Shown one piece after another: positions 50,901 to 61,172 of a DNA stretch of 64,000 bases. This DNA is from Raillietiella orientalis (Eukaryota). Under the pieces are notes generated by a model. It was not told the origin of the DNA and made no database searches. It saw only the letters and a program-made list of their open reading frames with translations. Numbering within the stretch: the first letter of the stretch is position 1; each line of letters opens with the position of its first letter. The stretch is from positions 3,472,001-3,536,000 of the forward strand of contig JAYWIR010000013.1 of assembly GCA_036172245.1 (NCBI GenBank), in the 5' to 3' direction. A program made the translations under genes and the position numbers.

Positions 50901-53900
50901 CTTGCGCCGCGCATACTCGATAGGAGGCACAGATCCACATAAACACACGAGGAGGAGGGAAAACAGTCGAAAGGAGGAGAAACCGGGTGCTCTCTCCATA
51001 TGACACCTATTACCTCCCTTTGCCCACCCATCCAGTCCACCGAAAAGTCCCGAACGATAAAAAAAAAAAAAAAAAAAAAAAGAAAACCAATGTGTGCAAA
51101 AAAAAAAAAAAAAGCAACGAGCAGCCATGGTTTTCAGGAATGCCCGCAACCAGTTTACAGGATCAGGGCACCGGCAAGCGAAGTCCCTCACGAGGGAAAG
51201 AGGAAGAGGGAGAGGAAGACCCGGAAAAGCAGTCCTGCCGAACACGCGTTCCCGTAGATACCTGCGCTTCTTCCACACGCCTTCCACCGTGGGGCCTCCG
51301 GACGGGAAACGGGAGAAAAGAAGGCACGGCGGTGCGAGGCCTGCGTGCTCGTTCTGAGCGTCAGCGACGGTGAAAACAGCGCTCACCTGCGCTTGGTTAT
51401 CGGAAGATATCGGAAGGGAGCAAAGTCACGTGTATTTGTGGGAAGGGGAGGAAGAAGAAGCGAACGAGACCACCTTGCCTAGGAACGCGAGCTCATCAGT
51501 TGGCAGCAGGCATGGGGCGTCACCTTTCAGATCCAAGATGCGTGACTACTGCCACTAAACTGACTGGCAACCAGGGCAGGACAAGCGGCGGCGGCCTGTC
51601 ACACGGGCTAATCCCGTTAACCTTCCGGCCTAATGAGGCCATTGAGGATTTCTTCGAAACCAACTCCGTGTGGGCAGGCAGGCATTGATAGCCGCGCCCC
51701 CGCTCGCGATCAGCTCAGTGGCGGAAAAAGTGGGAACAGACTGTCTTTTCTCCATCCGGAAGTGTACGCAGGATGCTGCGTACGGTCCGGAAATAAATCG
51801 CAGACTCTCGTGCCCTGATGATCGTGCCGGGCTCAAGCACCTTGCAACCGCTAAGCGCAGGGACTTTACATAAACCGGAAATCCCGAACAATAACGAAGA
51901 AGTGCGGTCTTTGAATGAAGAGGAAGCTGTCCGCTCCAAGACGGGAGAAGCGGGAGTTTCGACAAAGCCCCCCCTTTGGCGAACGGGAAAGACGAGAGCG
52001 GAGCAGCATGGAGAGGTCGACGAGTCGATCGTGCAGGGGGAGGCAAAACAAAAATTTCGTACCGTACGGGTGCGCCTTGGAGGAGCTCCCGTTCTCCCTC
52101 CCCCCTTCCCGTTCCCTGAATTCGCAGCAATTCACCAGAGCCTCGTTAAAAGCTGCGGGTTCGAAAGCCCAGCACGGTGCGGAGGAGGAGGTCGGGATGA
52201 GCGCATGAAAGAGGGAAGCGAACGCGCCTGAGGGCAGAGGAAACGCACACGGAAAGCACTTCCCAGTTTCGCCGCAAACCGAAAAAGCCGACCATCTCTC
52301 CGTACGATCTGACAAAAGGGTGACGGCTGCTGGTTGAGGGATGGAATTCAAGCGCTGGAAGAAGAAGAAAAAAAACAGTGTGGTCCTGAACGCCAGGATG
52401 CAAGCGAGGATGGAATTCCAACTCGGAATCTTAGAAAGTTAAAGTAAATGAAAGAGGAAAGAAGGAAACGCAGAAATCAACTTCAGCGGGCAGAGGAGCA
52501 GGTGCTGCCAAGGGACAGAAGAAGAACGCAAGAACTCTTTTTGAAGATAAAAGGAGCGCAGGAAAACAAAAACGAAAACTTCCTCTTCCGGAAAGAGAGG
52601 AAGTTTTGCTGAAGGCGATGTCGAAGGCCGGAGACGTCACACTTGGGGGGGAAGCGATGCGAAAGGCTGGCACAGAACGAACGACACATCCACTGCTGCA
52701 CGAAAACAAACAAGAAAGATAACAACGAAGAGATAACGACAACGATCTTGTTTTTGCAGACAGGGCGGCTTCCGCCTGCCACCGTCGCACTCGAAAAAAG
52801 GTGCAATAAGGAAACTTCCATTTACGTTTTCACGTTACGCGGAAAGTTCCAGCGGAGCTCCCTGCTTTGGCCTCGCGACGATGTACACGACCTGCACACC
52901 CTCGCGACGATGCGGTGTTCCCTGGAATTCGCCGGGATCGCTCCTTTCCTCCCCGTTTCCACGGCAAAAGCGCACTCGGGCGAACGAACCCGGAGCGCCC
53001 GAAGTTGCCATGCCTCCGGCACGCCGCTGCTGCGCGAGCTCGCGGCAGGCTTGCCAGGTTCGCAAACCCCCCAGTTTACGCCTCCGTGGCATCCTTTACC
53101 GGCGCTCGCTCCGCAGGACGCACCGATGTTGCCACGAACCGTGAATGTCTGCGCCCAGCAAGTGTGAATTGAATTCGGAGCATCCCGTTGTTGACGAACG
53201 AAGGATTTGTTTGGATAACCTTCGTTCGAGCAAGCGCGAGCGAAGAGAAGCATTGAGCGACATGCGGGAGGGCGTCCTCGACAAGCGAGCGGCACAGCAC
53301 GAAAGACGATTTCGAAGGTTCTGTGATTCACGAGGCTGGTCGGGACCCGGTGCGGGGGGCGCAAGAGAAAGGAAGGGAATGGGCGCCCGCCGGGGATGAG
53401 GATGCCGCCGGTCGCGGCGGCAGGTCGGTCCCCGAAAAATCATGGTTCGGGAACGGAGGCACCCTGAAGTGCCCACGCAAGGCTTTGATTCCGGAAGGGG
53501 GAAATTGGCCACGGATTCCGAGGGACGCATTGCGACTTTCTCGCGCACCGTGGACCTATTCTTTGTATCTCTGTGTTATTGTTTATTCACGAATCGCTCG
53601 ATTTTCGATCCTTGCGGAATTCTCGTGGTGCATTTTTAACTCTTCATAAATCCTTAACGGGGCTGAACTCGTGTCGCTTGATAGCCAAAAGAAACAGGAT
53701 CGATTTTTGATGGCTACTGATAGACAAGTGATCCGACGGGATTATGACAGATTTGCCCTCAAATTCGAATGACTGCCTTCCCTTCAGCTGTGACCTCTTA
53801 ATGGCTTATTTAGAAAATCCGAACATTCCTTTCGGGAGCTAATAAATTGGTGCTGGGTTTCTGGGACGTCTTGAAATAGAATATCTCAACACGAGGGTGT

Positions 53901-56900
53901 ATTTTTGCTGCTCGCGCCGAACGTGAGCGCCGGTCGGAGGACTCCCAAAGCGGGCGTCCCCCTCCATACCAAGGAAATGCCCAGGAAATTATTTTCGTTC
54001 CTTCAGTGGCGATAAGGCTGGGAGCTCCCCTTCTTTAAGCTCCTCCAGGAATAATCCGATACATTGTTTCTCTTCCCCGCGGATGCCCTGCTGGGGGACT
54101 GCACAGCCAGGGTGTGCCCCTCTTGCACGCTCTTGCGCGATCACCGTTATTATTACTATTGTTATTACTGTTCTTCTTATTGTTTTTGCGCGTGTCGCAA
54201 CTTTGCCGGAGCAAACCTCGGACCGGCAAAGTCGCCCTCCTTCGCGCCTCATCCCCGGGGCAAACCTCTCTTCGGAGTCACAGGGGAGAGGGCATGAAGC
54301 AACGGGGCCCGGGAGAAAAATGCATGCATTCGTTCCGACCTCTCTGGATCAAACGGGAGCCTCGAGGCGGGACCTCCCGCGTGCCCGTCGATGGGGCTAT
54401 GCGCGCCGTCCCCATTCAGGAACGGGAACGGGGGCAGAGGGGGAACGGGGAATGAGGAACAGAGAGCGCTCCCTGCAGTCCGTGGAGATGCGCGCGGCTG
54501 CGTGTCCTTCCTGCCGCGTGACCGCTCGCTTCCTTCGCGATCACCCGCGCGCGTAGGGTGGAAGGAGGAGCAGCGAACGTCAGTGGCGCCGAGGACGGCG
54601 ACGACCCCTCGCACTGCCCCCCTCCCGAGCGTCCCTCCAGAGAGCGGCCTGCAGCAGGAAACGGAACGCGCTCCCGTCATCTCGGCGAGTCTGCGCGCGC
54701 GTGCCTTTCCGTATTCCCGGGGCAACCGCTCCCAGCCCCGGAATTGAATCCCGCAGTGGCCCCCGCTCTTGCGCTCGCCGGAGCGTGCGATTCGAGCTCC
54801 ACGGGGGGAAAGCGGAGGAAGGGCAAACGCATTCTTACGCGTCCTCCCGTGAGCCGAGGCGCCCCCTCCGCTCCCCGATGAAGAGAGAAGCGAAGCTCCC
54901 CTTTACCGACGGGAGCGACGCAGCGGCGGCCCCTCTGAGCCGCGGCGCCAGCAGGCGCGCGCAGAACGGGGAAGAGGGAAACCCTTCCCTGTCCCGTCCG
55001 TTTCTCCCCGATAGCCACCGCACCTTGCAGTTCCTTCGAGCACCGCAAGAGGTCCGGGATCGAAGATGAAAGCGCGCCGCCGCCTCAGTCCCACGCGTGC
55101 TTGGCGGCTGCCTCCTCGGGCAAGCTCCTCGAGCTCGTGAGGATGGGGAGCGAGGAGGAGGAGGGGCGAGTCGCTCCCCCACGCCCGCGTCCCCTTCCCG
55201 GCGGCGGAACGAAGCTCTGCTTCCGCTCTCCTGACGCCAACGCTTCCAGGGTTCTCCCAGCGAAACTGGCACCAGGAAGGGAGGGGAGGCGGTGGGGACG
55301 CTCTCGGGAGGACGGGAGAACCTCCTCCTCGGAGTTCCCCCCATTTCCCTTCCCCCCCCGCCCTCCTTCCCTGACAGGAGGCTTCGCCCCCGCCGAGCCT
55401 CCGGGAGGAACGACCGAGGCAGTGGCGCGGTTACAGGAAGCGAACGCAGGCCTCGCCCCTCCCCCCCCCCCCCCTGATGTGAGTTGCTCCCCTGAGGTGC
55501 GCGCCTCAGGAGGCCCACGGGATATTTTCCTCCTCTGGGGTCATGATATTTAGGCAGACTGGGAAGGACCCAGCCTTTTTATTCACCCTACCGAACCTCC
55601 CCTCGCTACCGAGAGGACGCGCAAGCACCTCCGGGAAGAGAGGGGAAAGGAGGGGCCAGGGGGTCATGCGTTTCTCTTCTCTCCTCGTCTTCCTGGAGGG
55701 GTCGGAGGCGAGAAGCGGAGATCGCATCCTGATGCCTTGTGCCCTTCTTTGGCCCAAGAGGGTGGAGGAGGAGGGGGGTAGAGTGAACTCTGGTCCTTTC
55801 CCTCCCTCCGCCTCATCCCTATCGTTCTTACCCGAAGAGAACAGTAGGCCGTCGCGGTTCCTTGTCCGGAAGAAGAAGGAGATGTCTTCCTGGGTGCTAG
55901 CGAGGGGTTCGCCCCCGGTCTTGGTCAGGTCGTAGGCGATCCACTCGCCTCCTCGGAACGTCGCCTCGGCCGGGTACTTTTCTGGGAATAGAAAAGATGA
56001 ATAGGGAGGGGGCACTCGAACGAGTTCCCTCTGCTCTCACCGTCGGACAGGGATGATCGCCCTACGCGAAGGAGGAGGAAGAAGAACAGGAGGAAAAGGA
56101 GGAAGGAGAAAGGAAGAAAAGGAGGAAGGGAAGGAAAAAAGGAGGAGGAGAAGGACGGACACGCCACCTCCGGGACGGCTGAGGTGGCAGCGCAAATCTC
56201 GTGTGATATCTCGGGGTGAGAACTAGTGGGCCCGCTTTTCCCCCCTCTGCCACGTCTCGTTCCTGTTGAGGAGCCCCTGCAGCTGCGGGAACCGGGAGAT
56301 CGCCCCGGCGAGGGCACCTTCCGGAAGCCGAAGGAGCGCCACCTCCCACGCACTCTCGGAAAGCCCTGAAAGTCCTCGGGAAGGTGCCTTCCTAACTACC
56401 TTCCCGAAGAGGCAAGGCCGGCTTCCCGGGAACGCGCAAGAGGACGCGACGCCTCTGAAGAGCTGCTTTGCTCCTTCGCTGCCCCTCAGCGCCCCACAGG
56501 GGCTGCTCCTCCGCCGACTGCATGCTGGTGCTGTTTCGCCGTCAGCCTCTCCGTGGTCTCCTCACACCGATGTGGCAAGCAGGAGCACGGGGGAAGCGGA
56601 AGAGAGGAAATCGAGGAGGGGAGTCTCCCTGGTGCCCGGCATCGTGTCGCGCCCGAGGAGACGTCGCCTCGGGATGAAGCCTCGTCCCTTCTCCCAGCTT
56701 CGTAAGGAAGACTGCAAGAGGGTGCTTCTAGGTCGACCAGGAGGGACCCGTAAGGGAGTCGGAGAACAAAACAAACATGGAAGACTCGGTTCCCCTTTCT
56801 TTTTCCCACAGCAGTAGCAGCAGCAGACGAAAAGTCACTCCTCATCCCCTGCAGAAAAAGACGTGGCGGTCTCCGCCCTTAGTCCTTCAGGGAGAGGCAG

Positions 56901-59900
56901 CAACTCCATCCCGAAACTAGAGGAGAAGGAGAAGGAAGGAGGGGAGGGGGGACTTGAAGATTCCACAGTGTGACCATACGGCGGCGCTGGCTGCCTCCAG
57001 CTGCAGGCTGCCGAGCACTCTCGCTGCGGCGTTCAATCTCCGGAGAGGCTGGTGGGTGAATGATGGCGCTCTGGCACATTTTCATAAACGCTCAGCCTCC
57101 TCCTTTATCCTGACGAATGCGCAAGAGGTTTCGGGAAGCGAACGGAGGAAAGTCGGTCGGCCCGCTCATTACCCGGAATGATCGTCAGATCGCTGTGCTG
57201 TGCGCGGCACTGGAAATCCTGGACGGATTTTCCCTCGAAAAGCTCCGGGCAGGAGGCGGAATCGCAGCAGCTCCATCCCCTCCCCCCCGTTCGAGGGATC
57301 CCTAGGGAAGCATCCAGGGGCTTGAAGCAAGGGAGGCTCTTCCGCGAACGAAGGCGCCGTTCCTGCACCCCGAGGAAGAGGGGTCTTTTCTCTCCTCCAA
57401 GATCGGATGCTGGGACCCAAGTTCCAGACGCACCTCGACCCCCTTCCTCCCCCGGAAAGGTCGCGAGACGCTCATGCGCTCGGGCAGATGAAAGGCGGTC
57501 GTGCCGCAGCTTCAGCCGCCCGAAATCTCCTCCGTGGTTGCGATGGCATTCCGCGGCCGTTGGCTCCTTGGAGAGAGGGTGGAAACCCTCGCGGTTTCTG
57601 GTCATCGTCGTCGGCAACCGGGAGCGACTGGGGAGGATTCCTCACTCGTAACAACAGCGGCATCCACCGGCATTCGCCAAATCGATCTTTTGCGATGCAC
57701 ATGCCGGGCCATGTGCTCTTCCCGCTTGCTTCTTGTGGGAGCTTCAGTTCAGGGCCACCGCGGATGAAAGGTAACAGAGCGAAGCGGCTGCTCATCACTG
57801 CATCATGGAGGCGTTGCCAAATCCCTGGCAATTAAGCAAGCCATTTCTTTTTTATTGTTTTTTTTTTTTTTCATTCACCAAGTCAGGTGCGGTGCGCCGG
57901 GTGAGAAAACTGGAGACGAGGGCCGTCCGTCTCGATGGCATAGCGTTGAAACGAGAACGTTGATTTACGATGAGAATCATCGCGCTTAATGACGGTTCTC
58001 TATCGAAACGAATGAGAATTGCAAGCCATTCTAATCTTCGTGTTTCCATGATCGTTGAAGAGGTCGTTGTTCCGCTTGTAGCCACGAGCGCTCGATGTCA
58101 AGGCGGAAACATATCAGAAACAAAGATTTGCACGAAGAGAGGACAAAGGTGGCTCCACACCTCGTGCGAATAGCGCGCGTTCCTCAAGTGAAGTCTCCTT
58201 GAATGCGAGTTGTTCCTCTTGATAAGGGGAAGCGGTCTCGGAGAACGTGGAGAAGGTGGGGCGGGGAAAGGGGGGAGGAGAGGGAAAAACAGGCAACCAC
58301 CGAGCGACAAGAGTTACAAGTGCAGCCAGAAGGGGATGGCCGCTGCTGAGCACCAAAGCGTCTTTTTCGAGCCAGCTGAGACAGCCCAGATGCATACGGA
58401 CGCTCGGAAAACGCCGATCCGTGCAAATAACAGGCACGTGGAAAAAAAAAAACGTGGAAAACTCCGTCCAGTGAAATGAACGAGATGCCTTGGCGATCAT
58501 GTCGCGGAAGGCAAGGCCATTCCCGAGTGTGGACAGAAAGTTCCTGATTCGGTGTCGATGGCTGGGGGGGATACGCACGATACCGATCTCCCCCCCCCCC
58601 CCCTTCCGCCGCCGCCGCCGCCGCCTTCCTCTTACACGGACTCCAACAAACTCAAATTTAAATGAAGAAGGGAGGAACCCAAGGCGGCCGAGATTGCACG
58701 CGGCGAAACAACTGCTTATCGAAGTGGTTTTGCAGAGAAATCTAGGAGATGGAGCGCTGGTGCGGGGGCACCGACTGCCATTTTGAAGGCAGCCATTTTG
58801 TTGCGGCGGAGACGCATTGTTGGTGGAGCCATTTTCTTTTTTTTCGAGAGTGCGCGCGCCAAGAGGTTCTCTTCCAGGAAGCATCTCCTCACCGAGGAGA
58901 TGACATCATCATCCAAAGAGGCGCGGCCGTGCGAGTGCATCCGTCATGAGCTCCCTTGAAGCTTTCCAGCGAAATGGATTCCTTCGGATCGCTTCCTCGC
59001 ACGGACGTAAAAGGTGTAAATGTGGAACACTTAAACTAACGGATTACTTTACGATTATGATTCGACGATTTGTTGACGCTTCCAATGGAAACTGCCCTAG
59101 GCTGTCACCTACCCTAGAAGACTTGAAAAGTTCCAGTGAAAGAAGATTCATCAGACCATCGCATAATCACTGCAAAGAAGAGGAAAAGGAACGGAGCCCA
59201 TTAAAGCAAAGTGGGTGAAAGAGGAGAACCCATTACATTCCAGACGCTTCGTTCCACACTCCTGAAGAACTGAAAACGACGGCAGAGCGCTCGAGATAAC
59301 GCATCTAATCAGAGCTCGTACTTGTGGTAGCTGAGGAAGACAACGCGGAGCCATGAAAAGTGAAGCAGCTGCGAAAGCGGAAGCAGAGGGCGGTCCGAAC
59401 AAAGAGCAGCAAGCAGCGAGATGCCCCCTCCCGTCGATGGCACTCCGAGCTCTGCCTGCGGCGTGCCACTCGGGGTCATATCCGGGTCGCGGAATGGCGC
59501 ACCTCGAAAAGCAAGGAGAAGGAGCAATCACCTGTTTCACAGAAGGCACCTTGGAACTCGACGTCCGTGCAGTCGCAGATGACTCCAGTGCCCGTGCTGA
59601 TGCAGTGGGCGTTATTCCTGCAAGGGTTGTGAATCTTGCAGCGATCAATTTCCTCGCTGGTAACTCCCTGGAACCAAAAAATGCGTTTGCGGGTTTTGCC
59701 TACGAGGCCATCACGGATTGCTACAACCACGCGACGGCCGCTCGCCGCGAGGCTTTCATGTATCTCATGGGACCATCGCCTTCCCCCAGTAGGGGGAACG
59801 ATCCGCCCAACCCAAGCCAGCCCGACGAGCATCCCGGCCGTGATCGGCGGTAACAAACACGGGAAGCGTTCCATGCCGCGCAAAACAAATGTATCCTCTC

Positions 59901-61172
59901 TCTTTCCTGGAACCGATGCGGAGCCCCTCCCTGATTTGGAGTTCTCCCGCCCCGGAACCTCGGGACTGACTCGGGATCACCTGGACGGCGCATAAACAGC
60001 GAACGAAACGCACTCCCCGAGCATGGGAGGAGAAGAAGGAGAGAGAAACCCCCGCATGCAGGCAGAGTGCTGCTGCCCCCGATGGTTGGCGGCGATGCCG
60101 CGAGATGCCCCTGCGCCCGCCTCGCCTGACTGTCTGACCCGAGCTCGTCGCCGTGAGGCGACGGACAGCAGGCGGGCGGGGCGAGGGCGCAGCGCGAAGA
60201 CAACCCGGTCGCAGCGCACGCACCCGCATAGCCCAGACGCCCGCTGGCGACGTGCGGCACGCGCGCGCAGGTCGCAGGCACGCGGCCGCGGGAGAGTCCC
60301 TACGGCGCGCGCAGGAGAGCGCTGAGGAAGGACCGTGAGGGAAGGGGGGAGGGGGAGGGCAGCTGCAAGGCTCGCGAAGCGCGCACCTGCTTTTTCTAGG
60401 GGGGGCACCCAGCAGGGTTTGTTGCGTGGACACGTGCTGGAGGCGCGCGTGCGTGCGTGAGCGCGCCCGGTTGAATGAAAAAAAGTCTGGCGGGAAACGG
60501 TGCGCATGCGCTGGGGGAGCGACTCACCTCGGACGCCGAGACGTCGTGCTTGGAGAGGACGCCATGCTCGTCCACGTACCGGACGCTCCTCACCTGCCCC
60601 CGGAAGCGAGGCTCCAGGAGGACGCTGGGCAAAGTGAGCGCAGCCGGCTTTTTCCTGTACCATCCAGGGACGCCGCCCACGTGCACTCGGACGACTTCCG
60701 TGGCATTGCCGAAGTTCCTGCGGTCGTCGTCGTGGTCTTCGTCGTCGTCGCCGGCAGCCTCCCTCGGCTCGGGTACCTGGGACGGCTGCTGCGAGTCCAC
60801 TGCCAGTCGGACGTCTCCAGGGCGCCAGCGCACCTCCGCGCGGTGCCACCGGCCGTCGTGCAGACCGCCGCCGGCGCTCGCGATCCGGGTGCCGCCGTCG
60901 GGAGTGCCGAAGCGCAGCCGGAGGCTGCCGTTGACCATCTTCAGCTCGAAGTAGCGCGCGCGGCTGCCGCCGTCGGCGTAGAGCAGCAGCCCGTCCGGGC
61001 GGGCCGAGCGGAACTCCAGGGACAGGGAGTCGCCGGGAGCTGCCCTCCAGGGCGGGAGCTGCGTGTAGAGGGAGGGCCCCCTCTGTGACGAAGGCTCCGA
61101 GGCGCATGCGCCCAGTGCCCAGAGGAGGACCGACGCCCACGGGGGCAGCGGAGGCTTTACTGCGCTGCGCAT
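32949..61172 (-). CDS. Nrx-1: Alpha-neurexin (6 LNS/laminin-G + 3 EGF, stalk, TM, PDZ-binding tail), 22 coding exons, about 1586 aa
   Basis: Exons (minus): 61172-60528, 59667-59532, 55981-55832, 50586-50426, 50371-50345, 48479-48321, 43334-43188, 40893-40789, 40746-40554, 40469-40278, 40230-40096, 40039-39822, 39779-39665, 39619-39002, 36885-36727, 36419-36300, 34683-34505, 34457-34286, 34230-33980, 33929-33824, 33774-33604, 33550-32949; total 4761 nt, in frame. Motifs: [107 protein letters not shown]-terminal KEWYV. Confidence 0.95.
37199..38245. repeat. Two imperfect direct copies of a short AT-rich sequence (37212-37310 and about 38092-38245) in neurexin intron 14
   Basis: Shared blocks ttcttatgg..tccatttataagactta.gtgatt and tggtcttttaatgcatgctttt..taaataattgagt. 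The first copy is bracketed by the 13-bp direct repeat tgtcaatagaaat. Confidence 0.85.
45300..45640 (-). mobile_element. Possible decayed RTE-clade LINE fragment in neurexin intron 6
   Basis: [24 protein letters not shown] resembles the RTE post-RT motif TKVQVYxAVVLSxLLYGxETWTL. Confidence 0.33.
50345..50371 (-). CDS. Nrx-1: 27-nt neurexin microexon (ITRRMSFCH) in LNS2 at the SS2-equivalent position
   Basis: Strong acceptor gtcttttccag and perfect donor gtaagt, phase 0-0. It lies between ...[12 protein letters not shown] and ISITVDD..., and resembles the ISSITSFC segment I recall from insect Nrx-1. Confidence 0.8.

Noticed and set aside
47106..51386. 300+ aa ORFs in neurexin introns (47106-48023, 49793-50794, 50442-51386)
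   Set aside because: Low complexity, run through homopolymers, or are shadows of exons 4-5; no domain signature.
59353..59853. 166-aa plus-strand ORF
   Set aside because: Antisense shadow of neurexin exon 2 (EGF1); no independent motif.
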